Shown here in pieces: positions 50,934 to 61,307 of a stretch of DNA of 64,000 nucleotides (its first letter is position 1; every line of letters starts with the position of its first letter). The stretch lies in assembly GCA_963851265.1 (NCBI GenBank), contig CAWKNZ010000007.1:608001-672000 (forward strand). Direction: 5' to 3'. The stretch comes from an uncultured Gemmatimonadales bacterium (lineage in GTDB: Bacteria > Gemmatimonadota > Gemmatimonadetes > Gemmatimonadales > Gemmatimonadaceae). The translations under genes and the position numbers were made by a program. Below the pieces are notes generated by a model. That model was not told the DNA's origin and ran no database searches. It saw only the letters and a program-made list of their open reading frames with translations.

Positions 50934-52337
50934 TCAGCAGCCCCGCTTCGCCTGGTACGTCAACTCGTCGTCGACGTCGCCCAGCACCACCCGGTTCACC
51001 CACTCGACCCCCTGCGCGACCGAGTGGTCCATGTTCCCCACCTCGTAGCGCCACGCCCCGAACCGCCCGCGCGAGTAGACCCCCCGCTCGTGCAGCCACG
51101 GGTGCACCGTGCGCAGCACCCCGTCGCGCTCGAGCGACGGCGTCGGGTACGTGTAGTCGCGCTCGATCACGAACGTGTCCGCGATGCGCGACTCGACGTC
51201 CTCCTCGGTGAGCAGGCGCGTGCTCACCATCCCGTCGAGCGTCTGCTGCACGATCGTGTTCCGGTCCTCGGGCTTGAACTCCGAGTGCGAGATCTCGGCG
51301 AGCAGCGAGTGCTGGCGCGTGTGGTCGGGTACGACCTCGGGCGAGTAGTTGGACAGGTACGTGACGCGGTAGAACGGCGCGTCCTCCTCGGGGAAGTACA
51401 TCCAGCACTTGCTCGTCTCGGCCGGTCGGTCGACGCCGACCCCGACGATGAACGAGCCCGAGTGGCGGAGCCGCTTCGTCTCGGCGCGGATGTGGTCCGG
51501 CGCGTCGGTGGTGAGGGCGACGAACTTGTCCATCGGGAGCGTCGACATGAGCACGTCGTACGACTCCTCACGCCCGTCGGCGAAGCGCACCGTCTTGCGC
51601 CCGGTGTCGACCGCGACCGCCGCCGCCTCCAGTGCGAGGTGCTCCTTGATGTAGGGCACGATGCGCTCGAACAGCCCGCCGGTGCCGCCGAAGCGCGGGT
51701 ACTTGAACGTGTTGTTGGGCCCCCAGCCGGCGTCGTCGCGGTTGAGGATCACGTTGCCCAGCACCCGCTCGAGTGACGGCAGCGCGACGCGCTCGCCGAT
51801 CCACTCCTTGTTCATCATGCGCGGCGGGTGCGCCCACACCTTGAAGTTGTACGGCATCATGAAGTACTTGGCCAACCCCGCGCCGAACTGCTTCATGATT
51901 AGTTGCTCGAAATTCTCGATCTTGTCCAACTCCAGCGGCGTCCGCTGCGCCTCGACGAGCCCGAGCACGCACTCCAGCACGACCTCCTTCGGGAGGTTGC
52001 GGATGTTGTTCTGCAGCGGGTACGGCAGGAAGCGCCCGCACATCCACACCCAGGCCTCGCGCACGAGCTCCTGGTACTCGTCGCCCATCAGCTTGTCGAA
52101 GAGCGCGTCGAAATACTTGTAGTGCGAGAAGAGGACGTGCCCGCCGATGTCGTACGTGAAGCCGTTGGGACTCCGCTCGCTCGAGGCGAGGCCGCCCACC
52201 TTGTCGCGCGCCTCGTACACCCGAAAGTTGCGGTAGCCGAGTTCCTGCAGTCGGTACGCGGCGGCGAGACCGGTGGGGCCGGCGCCGAGGATGACGATCT
52301 TCTGCTCGGACTGCGGAACGGACGTCGAATCGGACAC
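50934..52337 (-). CDS. FAD-dependent UDP-galactopyranose mutase-like protein (eukaryote-type)
   Basis: GAGPTG, GGHVLFSHYKYF, PYNFKVW, GERVA, WGPN, PFYRVT, SNYSP, YPTP, RGRFGAWRYEVGNMDHS. Confidence 0.85.
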   Translation of the reverse strand: MSDSTSVPQSEQKIVILGAGPTGLAAAYRLQELGYRNFRVYEARDKVGGLASSERSPNGFTYDIGGHVLFSHYKYFDALFDKLMGDEYQELVREAWVWMCGRFLPYPLQNNIRNLPKEVVLECVLGLVEAQRTPLELDKIENFEQLIMKQFGAGLAKYFMMPYNFKVWAHPPRMMNKEWIGERVALPSLERVLGNVILNRDDAGWGPNNTFKYPRFGGTGGLFERIVPYIKEHLALEAAAVAVDTGRKTVRFADGREESYDVLMSTLPMDKFVALTTDAPDHIRAETKRLRHSGSFIVGVGVDRPAETSKCWMYFPEEDAPFYRVTYLSNYSPEVVPDHTRQHSLLAEISHSEFKPEDRNTIVQQTLDGMVSTRLLTEEDVESRIADTFVIERDYTYPTPSLERDGVLRTVHPWLHERGVYSRGRFGAWRYEVGNMDHSVAQGVEWVNRVVLGDVDDELTYQAKRGC

Positions 52338-52373
52338 GAATAGGGCTCAGTCAGAGATTTAAACAAGCGAGCC

Positions 52374-54626
52374 CTACGGTCTTTCTGCGGGCTGCGCGGC
52401 GACGTATTCGCAAATTGCGTTCTCAATCGGGCCGAGGAGCAGCCCGCGCGAGGTGCCGAGGACCGCGCGCCGCGGGCGCGCCGCGGCGAGGCCGAAGTGG
52501 TCGAGCGGCACGCTCTCGACCAGCGCGCCGTCCAGGCCCGCGGCCTCGGCGACTCGGCGCGCGAACTCCGCCCAGGTGAACGCGCCCTGGTTCGCCAGGT
52601 GCCACACGCCCGACGCCCCGTCCACGACGAGGTCGAGCACGGCGTGGGCGAGCGCGGGCACGTACGTCGGACTCACGACGACGTCCGCGAGCGCCCGGAA
52701 CGGGCGCCCCGCGGCCAGCTCGCGCCGCGCGACGGTGGCGAAATTCCACGCGTCCCACGGCCCGAAGAACGCGCTCGTGCGCACGACGAGCGCCGACGGC
52801 AACGCGTCCAACACCCGCGCCTCGGCCTCGGCCTTCGTCGCGCCATACACGTTCAGCGGCACCGGCGCGTCGTCCTCGATGTAGTCCCGGTCGAGCGAGC
52901 CGTCGAAGACGAGGTCGCTCGAGAAGGTGGAGAGCTGCACGCCGCGACGCGCGCACGCGGCGGCGAGGACCGACGGGCCGCACACGTTCTCCCGATAGCA
53001 GGCGTCCCGCTCCCGCTCGGCGTCGTCGACGCGCACGTAGCCGGCGGCGTTCACGACGGCCCACGGGCGCCACGCGACCATCGCGTCGTCCACCGCACGC
53101 GCGTCGGCGACGTCGAGCTCGGCACGCGTCGTCAAGCGGTACGCGAGCCCGCGCTCCTCGCACAGCCGCGCGACCGCGCGGGCGAGCGTGCCTGCACCGC
53201 CCGTGATGAGCAGCGGCCGCGCGTTGCGGTAGCGCGCGTCACGCCGTCGCGCGGCGACCCCCGCGGGACGCAGCGCACGCCGCAGCGCGGGGGCGAGCGG
53301 CGAGCGCGGCTCCCACCCCCGCGCCTGCCGGTGCGCGAAACGCCGCGGCTCCTGCCACCAACCGGGGCCGTCGAGCGCGGGATGGTCGTGCGTTCCGTGC
53401 TCGGCGAGGGCGCGCACCATCGCGGCGAGCGCGGTGGGGCGGGGCGCGGGGCCGCGCGTATCGAACAACCCCGTCTCGTACACGCCGTCCTCGCGCGTCA
53501 GCAGACTCGCCCAGTCGTGCGCGCCGAACGCGGACCACGCGGTGACGGCGCGAACGTCCACCCCCGCGTCGCGCACACGGCAGGCCGCGTCCCAGACGTC
53601 CGCGAGCCAGCGCAGCTGCTGCTCGCGCGTGCAGCCGAGGTGCGCCTCGGTGATGGCGAGCGGGCGCCCGAAGCGCGTCCACGCCTCGGCGAGCAGGGTC
53701 GCGGGGCCGTCGCAGCCACGCGCGCGCACGCGGACCGCCTCGACGTCCGCGTAGCGCGCCCACGTGGTGCCACCGTGCGTGTGCGGCGGATAACGCCCCA
53801 GACGCCGGTCGAGGAACCGCTCGCTCGTGACGTAGTAGTTGAGGCCGATCACGTCGGGCGGGCACGGATCGTCGCGCAGGTCGTGTAGCACTCGCTCGTC
53901 GATGCCGGCCGCCGACAGGAACGTCCACATCGGGTCGCCCGGGGCGAGCTGGCCGGTGAGCAGGTCGTACGTCACCCACCGCCGCTCGTTGTCGAACCAG
54001 ACCTGCTGCGCGAGCGTGGCCGTGCCGTGCGTCTTGCCGAGGTCTTCGGTCTGCACGAGCTGAGCGGCCGGGTTCACCGCGCGGATGGCGCGCATCGCCG
54101 CGCGCACGCCGAGCACCTGGGCGACGAGGGCGGTCGCGAACGTCGCGTCGTCGCGCCCGTGCGGGTACCAGTGGCCGTACAGCCCGGCGAAGCGCGCCGT
54201 GGTGAGTGGCTCGTTCACCGGCGTCCACCGGTCGATCCACGGGAACCGCTCGGCGACCGCGCCCGCGTAGCGTCCGAGGCGTTCGGGAAAGCGCGGGTCG
54301 ACGAGGCTCGTGCCCATCGGCCCGCTGCCGTGGTGTAAGAGTCCGACGATCGGGTGCACGCCGAGTTCGCGCAGGCGGGCCAGGCGCCGGTCGGCCCAAC
54401 GCCAGTCCGTGTGCCGGACGTCCACGTCGGCCGTGCGCTCCCAGAGGATGGGGTAGCGCAGTGCCGAGATGCCGAGGGCGGCCAGCCGGTCGAGGTCATC
54501 CTCGCGCGCGGCGTGTCCGCCGCGTTCGAGCTGGTCGGAGAAGGTGTCGCCGACGCGGTTGACCGTACACTCGACGCCGGCCCACACCTCGGGGCGCGCG
54601 TTGGGGGTGGGGGCGGTACGCATCAT
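52374..54626 (-). CDS. GH1-like glycoside hydrolase fused to dTDP-4-dehydrorhamnose reductase (RmlD)-like domain
   Basis: N-terminal VNEP, GLNYY, ITE. C-terminal ITGGAGTL, SSDLVFDG, YGATK, SPTYV. Confidence 0.85.
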   Translation of the reverse strand: MMRTAPTPNARPEVWAGVECTVNRVGDTFSDQLERGGHAAREDDLDRLAALGISALRYPILWERTADVDVRHTDWRWADRRLARLRELGVHPIVGLLHHGSGPMGTSLVDPRFPERLGRYAGAVAERFPWIDRWTPVNEPLTTARFAGLYGHWYPHGRDDATFATALVAQVLGVRAAMRAIRAVNPAAQLVQTEDLGKTHGTATLAQQVWFDNERRWVTYDLLTGQLAPGDPMWTFLSAAGIDERVLHDLRDDPCPPDVIGLNYYVTSERFLDRRLGRYPPHTHGGTTWARYADVEAVRVRARGCDGPATLLAEAWTRFGRPLAITEAHLGCTREQQLRWLADVWDAACRVRDAGVDVRAVTAWSAFGAHDWASLLTREDGVYETGLFDTRGPAPRPTALAAMVRALAEHGTHDHPALDGPGWWQEPRRFAHRQARGWEPRSPLAPALRRALRPAGVAARRRDARYRNARPLLITGGAGTLARAVARLCEERGLAYRLTTRAELDVADARAVDDAMVAWRPWAVVNAAGYVRVDDAERERDACYRENVCGPSVLAAACARRGVQLSTFSSDLVFDGSLDRDYIEDDAPVPLNVYGATKAEAEARVLDALPSALVVRTSAFFGPWDAWNFATVARRELAAGRPFRALADVVVSPTYVPALAHAVLDLVVDGASGVWHLANQGAFTWAEFARRVAEAAGLDGALVESVPLDHFGLAAARPRRAVLGTSRGLLLGPIENAICEYVAAQPAERP

Positions 54627-54770
54627 CGAGCTCCGGGGTGTCGAGAGGACCATGCCGGCGCAACGCGACAGCGTCGATCGTTTGGTCACAAGACACGCGC
54701 CGCGTGATCGACGAGGATCACGCGGCGCGTGTGGCGCACCGGGCAGGTGCGGCGGCCCTGGTGGGGCCGG

Positions 54771-56045
54771 TCAGGCGGTGAGTTCTTCGCCGACGCTGCG
54801 GTTGCTGCGCCCGCCGGCCACCGCGAGGCGACTCGTCCCGGTAGAGGCGACCGTCGGACTGACGGTGGGCGTATTGCTCTCGACGGCCTCGCCGACGAGG
54901 CGGCGCATCTTGGTGACGATCGATTCCCACGAGGCGTCGGCGGCCATGCCAATGCCGCGCGCGACGAGCGCGGGGTCGGGCGTGTTGACCGCGGCGCGTA
55001 CCGCCGCCGCGAACCCGTCATAGCTCCGCGCGACCTTGACCACGGGGGTGAAGTTGCGGACGACGTCGGCCACGGCGGTCGAGACGATCGGCTTGCCGGC
55101 GGCCATGTACTCGAGGGTCTTCGTCGGGTTGATGTACTCCGTCGCCTCGTTGAGCGCGAACGGCATCAGGCAGACGTCGAACGCCTTGGCGTACATCGGC
55201 AGCTCGGCGTACTGCTTCTGGCCGAGCCAGACGATGTTGGGCGCCTTGGGCAGGTCCTTCGGATCGACCTTGACCACAGGGCCGGCCATCGCGACGGTCG
55301 CGCGGGGGAACGCCGCGGCGAGGTGCGCGATGAGCGCGTAGTCGAGCCGCTCGTCGATCACGCCGTAGAAGCCGAAGATCGGCGCGTCCTGCTCGGGGAG
55401 GTCGGCGGGGCGGGGCGTGCTGTCGAGGCGGGCCTTCGCGAAGTGGGCCGAGTCGACGCCGCAGCCGAAGAAGTGCACGTTGGGGTGCAGCTTCGACTTG
55501 CTCTGCCAGAGCTTGTAGCCGCCGGTGAACACGAGGTCGGCGCGCGACATGAGCAGCTGCTCGCGCGCGACGAGCTCGGGCGGGGCGAACTTGAACTGCG
55601 CGAGCTCGTCCATGCAGTCGTAGACGACCGCGCGCTCGCCGAAGGCGCCGAGCATCGCCGGGGCCGGCATCGGCGTGTAGAACCACTGCACCGGCGCGGC
55701 GAACTGGCCGTTGCCGAGCGCCCCGCCACGGGCGAGCGCCTGCTGCAACGTCTTGCGCACGACCGCCAGCGCACCGTCGGCGTCATGGAACAGCGTGCTC
55801 GGCAGGCGCGGGATCACCCGGGTCACGCCGCGCACCGGCTGCGTGATGTCGAGCGAGGGAGTCGTGAGGTCGTCGACGAACACGGCCTCTTCGACGAAGA
55901 GGACGGGCGCGTGCTGGGCGAAGCGCGACAGAAGTTGCTGCGGACGTTGCCAGACGAAGTCCCAGCGCAGGTGGCTGTGGACGAGGAGTGGCGCGTCCGA
56001 GAGGACGGCGAGCGGAGCGGCGCGGTCGTGACGGATCATGGGCAC
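54771..56045 (-). CDS. Glycosyltransferase (GT-B, UGM-associated type)
   Basis: SHLRWDFVWQRPQ, YDCMDEL, GVIDERLD, INPTKTLEYMAAGKP. Confidence 0.88.
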   Translation of the reverse strand: MPMIRHDRAAPLAVLSDAPLLVHSHLRWDFVWQRPQQLLSRFAQHAPVLFVEEAVFVDDLTTPSLDITQPVRGVTRVIPRLPSTLFHDADGALAVVRKTLQQALARGGALGNGQFAAPVQWFYTPMPAPAMLGAFGERAVVYDCMDELAQFKFAPPELVAREQLLMSRADLVFTGGYKLWQSKSKLHPNVHFFGCGVDSAHFAKARLDSTPRPADLPEQDAPIFGFYGVIDERLDYALIAHLAAAFPRATVAMAGPVVKVDPKDLPKAPNIVWLGQKQYAELPMYAKAFDVCLMPFALNEATEYINPTKTLEYMAAGKPIVSTAVADVVRNFTPVVKVARSYDGFAAAVRAAVNTPDPALVARGIGMAADASWESIVTKMRRLVGEAVESNTPTVSPTVASTGTSRLAVAGGRSNRSVGEELTA

Positions 56046-56126
56046 GGCGTCGTGGGCGCGCAGACCGACACCAGACAGGCCACGGCAGCGCGGGGGCGGA
56101 AACAGGCGGGCACAAGGCCCGACGCG

Positions 56127-56193
56127 CGTCGAGCCGGATGCACGACGTCAGACGGAGGGAATTCCCTCCGGACGTCGCGCATCCGGCTCGACG
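56127..56193. repeat. Long imperfect palindrome, intergenic
   Basis: CGTCGAGCCGGATGC...CGGAGGGA-AT-TCCCTCCG...GCATCCGGCTCGACG. Confidence 0.75.
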
Positions 56194-56279
56194 AGGACGT
56201 CTTCGTGCCAACCCTTAACGCAAGCCTTGTTCCCGAATAGCGCTGTCGAGGCCGCTGTTGATTGGATTACAAACTAATC

Positions 56280-57293
56280 TCAGCCGCCCGCCGTGCCCGA
56301 ATCACCGGCCGAATCACCCGCCGCAGCGAGCAGTCGGCGGGCACCCAGCCACCGCCGGAAGAGCGAACGGTTGCGGTCGATCGTCGTCTCGATGACCTGG
56401 CCGTGGCTCACGCTGGCGTGGATGAAGCGCCCCTCGCCGAGGTAAATGCCGACGTGCGACACGTGGCTCCGGCTGCCGAACGTGAGCAGGTCGCCCGGGC
56501 GCAGCATGTTGGGGTCGCGCGGGATCGCGCGCCCGATCTGCGCCTGCTGGTTGGCGGTTCGCGGCAGGCGGATGCCGAGGGCCTCCATCGTGTAGCGCGC
56601 GAAGCTGCTGCAATCGAGGCCCGCACCCGGCTGGGAGCCGCCAAACACGTAGCGCGTGCCGACCTGGCTGCGCGCGCGGCTCACGAGGGCGTCCAGGAGC
56701 GACGCCGCGGAGTGCGTGATCGCGGCGAGCGTGCGCGCGGCGGCCGCCGGGGGCACCATCGCCGTCTCGGGCGGCCCGCCGAAGCCGGCGAGCGAGCGGC
56801 CGGCCGGGTAGCTCGTGGCCGCCAAGGCGAGGTCGGGCAGCGCAAACTGTGGAATCGCGAGGGCTGGGGGCGCCTGCTGGGCGACCTCGGCGGCCTCCTC
56901 GTGCCGCACGCCGCCGTGGTGACGGGTCTTGTGCGCGTGGGCTCGCTCGTGCTCGGCGTGCCGACCGCCGGCGTGCTTCGCACGTGACGTCTTCCGACTG
57001 GCTACGCCCCCGTGTGTGACGTGGGCCGCGTGGGCCCCCTTGTGCCGCGGGTGGGACGCCGCCGCGGGCGCCGCATCGATCGCGAGCGCTACCCCGGCCA
57101 TCGTCACCGCGAGCAGTGCCGAGCGGGCCACCGAGCGCGCCGCCGACCGCGACGACACGCGCTTCGCGGAGGCGTGCCTCGCAGATGGGCGCGACGGGAA
57201 CGCGCGCAGAAGGGGGAGGAAGACCACGAGGAGGATGGGACGGAGGGAGGACTGCGTGGCGGGCCGTGTGACGGCGGGGAACCGTCGCCCCAC
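56280..57293 (-). CDS. NlpC/P60 (C40) peptidoglycan endopeptidase; start uncertain, probably internal
   Basis: GTRYVFGG, DCSSF, LPRTA, PGDLL, HVGIY, FIHAS. His-rich linker. Confidence 0.88.
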   Translation of the reverse strand: MGRRFPAVTRPATQSSLRPILLVVFLPLLRAFPSRPSARHASAKRVSSRSAARSVARSALLAVTMAGVALAIDAAPAAASHPRHKGAHAAHVTHGGVASRKTSRAKHAGGRHAEHERAHAHKTRHHGGVRHEEAAEVAQQAPPALAIPQFALPDLALAATSYPAGRSLAGFGGPPETAMVPPAAAARTLAAITHSAASLLDALVSRARSQVGTRYVFGGSQPGAGLDCSSFARYTMEALGIRLPRTANQQAQIGRAIPRDPNMLRPGDLLTFGSRSHVSHVGIYLGEGRFIHASVSHGQVIETTIDRNRSLFRRWLGARRLLAAAGDSAGDSGTAGG

Positions 57294-57385
57294 CAGAGGA
57301 CACGATCGAACCTAGACCACGTATCAGATCCGTCGTGCCTGCGTAGCAGTCGAACTACTCGAGATCCTGGCCACCCGGTCAGGCG

Positions 57386-58060
57386 TTAGCGAATTCCGGT
57401 GACCTTGTGGGTCTGGACGGAGAGGCGCCACCGCGGATTTGCCAGGCAATAGTCCACGGCCGCGGCGGTGTTCGCCGCGACCACCGCACGGTCGGCGCCG
57501 TCCATCGGCTGGAGCCAGAAGTGCCGGAATCGCAACCCCTCGAAGCGCGCCGGCTGCGCCGCGGCCTCGCTCTGCGGGTAGACGAGCTTCAACTCGTCGC
57601 CCGACTCGAGCCGGAGCGGCGCGCCGGCCTTCGGACTCACGCAGACCCAGTCGAGGCCGGGGGGTGCCGGCTGCGTGCCGTTCGTCTCGACGGCAACCTC
57701 GAAGCCGGCCGCGTGCAGGGCGTCGACGCACGCCGCGTCCAGTTGGAGGAGCGGCTCGCCGCCGGTACACACCACGAGCGGCACCACGCCGTCCGCGCGG
57801 GCGTCCGAGGGGACGCGACCCGTGCCGCCCTCCCAGCGGTCCGCGACGGCCGCGGCGAGCGCAGGTGCGTCGGCGAAGCGTCCGCCGTCAGGGCCGACGC
57901 CGACGAAATCCGTGTCGCAGAATCGGCAGACCGCGCGGTCTCGGTCGGCCTCGCGCCCCGTCCACAGATTGCACCCGGAGAAGCGGCAGAACACGGCCGC
58001 GCGCCCGGCGTTGGCGCCCTCGCCCTGCAGCGTGTAGAAGATCTCCTTGACGGTATACAT
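57386..58060 (-). CDS. queE: 7-carboxy-7-deazaguanine synthase (Cx14CxxC type)
   Basis: EIFYTLQGEG, CNLWTGREADRDRAVCRFC, TGGEP, ETNGT, VSPK, QTHK. Confidence 0.95.
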   Translation of the reverse strand: MYTVKEIFYTLQGEGANAGRAAVFCRFSGCNLWTGREADRDRAVCRFCDTDFVGVGPDGGRFADAPALAAAVADRWEGGTGRVPSDARADGVVPLVVCTGGEPLLQLDAACVDALHAAGFEVAVETNGTQPAPPGLDWVCVSPKAGAPLRLESGDELKLVYPQSEAAAQPARFEGLRFRHFWLQPMDGADRAVVAANTAAAVDYCLANPRWRLSVQTHKVTGIR

Positions 58061-58069
58061 CGCCGGCTG

Positions 58070-58843
58070 CTACCCCGCCGCGGCCGCCGCGTAGCGCGTC
58101 GGGTCGGGAATGCCGGCCTCCTCGAATCCCTTGCGGCGCAGGATGCACGCGTCGCAGTGGCCGCACGCGCCGCCCGTCGCGTCGGGGTCGTAGCAGCTCG
58201 TGGTCGCGCCGTAGTCGACGCCGAGCGAGGCGCCGAGCCGGATCGTCGCGGCCTTCGAGAGGTGAAGGAGGGGGGTGCGGACGCGGAGCGCGACCTCTCC
58301 GCGGGCGGCCGCCTCGACGCCGGCGCGCGTGGCGAGGTTCGCCATGCGTTCGAACGCCTCGACGTACTCGGGGCGGCAATCCGGGTACCCGGAGTAGTCG
58401 ACGGCCGACACGCCGAGGAAGATGTCGCCCGCGCCGCTCGTCTCGGCGAGGGCGAGGGCGTACGACAGGAAGATCGTGTTCCGCGCCGGCACGTAGGTGA
58501 TCGGCACCTCGTGCTCGGCCATCGCCTCCGGGGCGCGGTCCTTGGGCACGGGAAGATCGCCGGTGAGCGCGGAGCCGCCGAACGTGCGAAGGTCGATGTC
58601 GACGACGACGTGGCGCGCGACGCCTGCCGCGGCGGCGATTCGGCGCGCGGCCTCCACCTCGTGCGCGTGCCGCTGGCCGTAGCGGAAGCTGAGCGCCTGC
58701 ACCGCGAACCCCTCGCGCCGGGCCAGGGCCAGGCAGGTGGTCGAATCGAGCCCGCCCGAGAGCAGGACGACGGCGGGCGCGGGGGCGGCCGGCGTAGGAG
58801 CTGACGGTGCGGCGGGTGGGGCGGCGGGTGGCGCGGCAGACAT
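58070..58843 (-). CDS. queC: 7-cyano-7-deazaguanine synthase
   Basis: SGGLDS, YGQRH, YVPARN, YPDCR, SCY...CGHCDAC. Confidence 0.95.
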   Translation of the reverse strand: MSAAPPAAPPAAPSAPTPAAPAPAVVLLSGGLDSTTCLALARREGFAVQALSFRYGQRHAHEVEAARRIAAAAGVARHVVVDIDLRTFGGSALTGDLPVPKDRAPEAMAEHEVPITYVPARNTIFLSYALALAETSGAGDIFLGVSAVDYSGYPDCRPEYVEAFERMANLATRAGVEAAARGEVALRVRTPLLHLSKAATIRLGASLGVDYGATTSCYDPDATGGACGHCDACILRRKGFEEAGIPDPTRYAAAAAG

Positions 58844-58895
58844 GCGCGGAAGGTACGCCGTTCCGGTGGCCCTGTCGTTGCCACGAGGACCGGGC

Positions 58896-59696
58896 ATGAA
58901 CGCGCTCACCGACCCGTCGGTCTGGCTCGGGCTCCTGACGCTCACGGCGCTGGAGATCGTGCTCGGCATCGACAACGTGATCTTCCTGTCGATCCTCGCC
59001 GGCAAGTTACCGCCCGAGGAGCAGGCGACCGGCCGGCGTCTGGGTCTCGCGATGGCGTTCGTCACGCGCGTCCTGCTCCTGCTGAGCATCAGCTGGCTCG
59101 CGCGGCTCACGGCTCCACTCTTCACGGTGAGCGCCCTGTCGTTCCTCGAACTCGAGGCGCGCGAGATCACGGGGCGCGACCTGATCCTGATCGTCGGCGG
59201 ACTCTTCCTGATCGGGAAGTCGACCTACGAGATCCACCACAAGCTCGACGCGCGCGACGAGGCGACGGCCGCCGGGTCGGCGCGGCGTACGGCGTCGCTC
59301 GCCGCGGTGGTCGCGCAGATCGCGGTGGTCGACATCGTCTTCTCGCTCGACTCGGTGATCACCGCGGTCGGGATGGTCAACAACATCCCGGTGATGATCG
59401 CGGCCAACGTCCTCGCGCTCGTGTTCATGCTCGGCGCCTCGGGCCCGATCGCGGCGTTCGTCGATCGCCACCCGACCGTGAAGATGCTGGCGCTCAGCTT
59501 TTTGGTCCTCATCGGAACGAATCTCGTGGCCGAGGGCTTCGGGCAGCACATCCCCAAGGGGTACACATACTTCGCGATGTTCTTCTCGGTCGCGGTCGAG
59601 CTGCTGAACCTGCGGCTGCGCGGGCGGGACGCGGCGGCCGAGCGGCCGCTGCGAGCCGGCGGCACGGTGGAGCAGGCGCTCGTGGGGGAGGAGTAG
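58896..59696 (+). CDS. TerC family membrane protein
   Basis: [36 protein letters not shown]. Confidence 0.92.
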   Translation: MNALTDPSVWLGLLTLTALEIVLGIDNVIFLSILAGKLPPEEQATGRRLGLAMAFVTRVLLLLSISWLARLTAPLFTVSALSFLELEAREITGRDLILIVGGLFLIGKSTYEIHHKLDARDEATAAGSARRTASLAAVVAQIAVVDIVFSLDSVITAVGMVNNIPVMIAANVLALVFMLGASGPIAAFVDRHPTVKMLALSFLVLIGTNLVAEGFGQHIPKGYTYFAMFFSVAVELLNLRLRGRDAAAERPLRAGGTVEQALVGEE

Positions 59697-59698
59697 CG

Positions 59699-61279
59699 GT
59701 GCGCGTACTCGTCACGGGCGGCACCGGCGTGGTGGGCCACGCCGCGGTACACGCGCTGCTCGCGCGCGGGCACCGCGTGCGGCTGCTGGCGCGGCACGCG
59801 CGCGACGACGCGCGCGCGTGGCCGGCGCCGGGGGACGCGGACGCGCCGGGCGGCCCGCGCTCGGGCGCGGGCGTCGAGGCGCACGACGGCGACGTCACCG
59901 ACCCGGCGTCGCTCGGCGGCGCGGCCCGCGGGTGCGACGTGGTCCTGCACCTCGTCGGCACCGTGGCCGAACGGCCGCCGGAGGTGACGTACGAGCGGGT
60001 GAACGTGGAGGGGACGCGGCACGTGGTGGACGAGGCGGCGCGGGCGGGGGTGCCGCGCCTCGTCTACGTGTCGTCGTTAGGCGCGGACCGCGGGTCGTCG
60101 CCGTACCATCGCAGCAAGTTCGCCGGAGAGCAGGAGGCGGCGCGGTTCCCGGGCGCGTGGACGGTGGTGCGCCTCGCCAACGTGTACGGGCCGGGCGACG
60201 CGGTGGTCTCGCTGCTGCTGCGCATGGTCCGCGCGCTGCCGGTGATGCCGATGCTCGGCGGGGGTGACATTCCGTTCCAGCCGCTCTGGGCCGACGACTG
60301 CGGCGAGGTGCTCGCGCGCGCGTGCGAGCGCGACGACCTCGCGGGCGCGGCGTTCGACGTGGCCGGCGACGAGCGCACGTCCATGCGAGACCTGCTCGAC
60401 CGCTTCGCCGGACTCACCGGGCGCGAGCCGCTGCGGGCGCCGATGCCGCTCCCGCTGGCCCGGGTCGGCGTGGCGCTCGCCGACGCGGCCGGGCTGGACC
60501 TCGGCATCAACGACAGTCAGCTGACGATGCTGGCCGAGGGCAACGTGATCGACCCGCCGCGGGAGAACGCGCTGACGGCGGTGTTCGGGGTGGCCGCGAC
60601 GCCGCTCGACGAGGGGCTACGCCGGCTGGTCGACGAACTCCCGGAACAGCTGCCCGACGCGGGGCTCGGCGCGCTGCACCACAAGCGGTACTGGGCCGAC
60701 GTGGCCGCGCCGCGCGAGGCGGCGCCCGAGCTGTTCCGACGGTTCTGCGCGCGCTTTCACGCCCTGACGCCCGCGGCGATGGACCTCACGGCGGAGCCGG
60801 ACACGCCCACCGCGGTACTCACGCTTCACCAGACGGTCACGATGGCGCTGCCGCTCCGGGGGAACGTGCAGGTGAGGGTCGCGGAGCTCGGGCCGCTGTC
60901 GCTCACGCTCCAGACGGTGGAGGGGCACCCACTCGCGGGCGCGGTGCGGTTCACCTTCACCGAGCGGGGCGGCGACGCGGTCGCGCCGTTCGGCTTCGAG
61001 GTGGAGGTGTTCGAGCGTGCGGCGGACCCGTTCGACTGGGCGGCGATGGCGCTGTTAGGCAGCGTGCTGCAGCGGGCGAACTGGAAGGAGATGGTGAGGA
61101 CGGTGGTCGAGGAGAGCGGGGGGGAGGGGACGCTGGAGAGCGAGGAGGGGACGTTGGAGGGGGACGACGTTCGGCGCGTGGAAGCGTGGCTTCGCGAGCT
61201 GGCCCTGCAGAGGGCGCGCAGGGAGGAGGGGGAACGTCTGGCGGAGCCGACCGGGGACCCGCCGCCGCGCGCTGCCTAA
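59699..61279 (+). CDS. NDUFA9-like atypical SDR with extra C-terminal (DUF1990/SRPBCC-like) domain
   Basis: TGGTGVVG, VSSLGA, YHRSK, VYGPGD, FQP. C-terminal TVEGHPLAGAVRF. Confidence 0.8.
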   Translation: MRVLVTGGTGVVGHAAVHALLARGHRVRLLARHARDDARAWPAPGDADAPGGPRSGAGVEAHDGDVTDPASLGGAARGCDVVLHLVGTVAERPPEVTYERVNVEGTRHVVDEAARAGVPRLVYVSSLGADRGSSPYHRSKFAGEQEAARFPGAWTVVRLANVYGPGDAVVSLLLRMVRALPVMPMLGGGDIPFQPLWADDCGEVLARACERDDLAGAAFDVAGDERTSMRDLLDRFAGLTGREPLRAPMPLPLARVGVALADAAGLDLGINDSQLTMLAEGNVIDPPRENALTAVFGVAATPLDEGLRRLVDELPEQLPDAGLGALHHKRYWADVAAPREAAPELFRRFCARFHALTPAAMDLTAEPDTPTAVLTLHQTVTMALPLRGNVQVRVAELGPLSLTLQTVEGHPLAGAVRFTFTERGGDAVAPFGFEVEVFERAADPFDWAAMALLGSVLQRANWKEMVRTVVEESGGEGTLESEEGTLEGDDVRRVEAWLRELALQRARREEGERLAEPTGDPPPRAA

Positions 61280-61307
61280 CGGCGCCCCTCGGGTGCAGGG
61301 GGTCGGG

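Noticed and set aside
57200..57385. c-di-AMP riboswitch upstream of the NlpC/P60 gene
   Set aside because: The conserved ydaO sequence elements were not seen on the minus strand.
57386..58843. queC/queE as a 7-deazaguanine DNA modification (dpd) system
   Set aside because: No dpdA/tgtA5 or other dpd genes nearby. Ordinary queuosine synthesis is sufficient. No preQ1 riboswitch was recognised.
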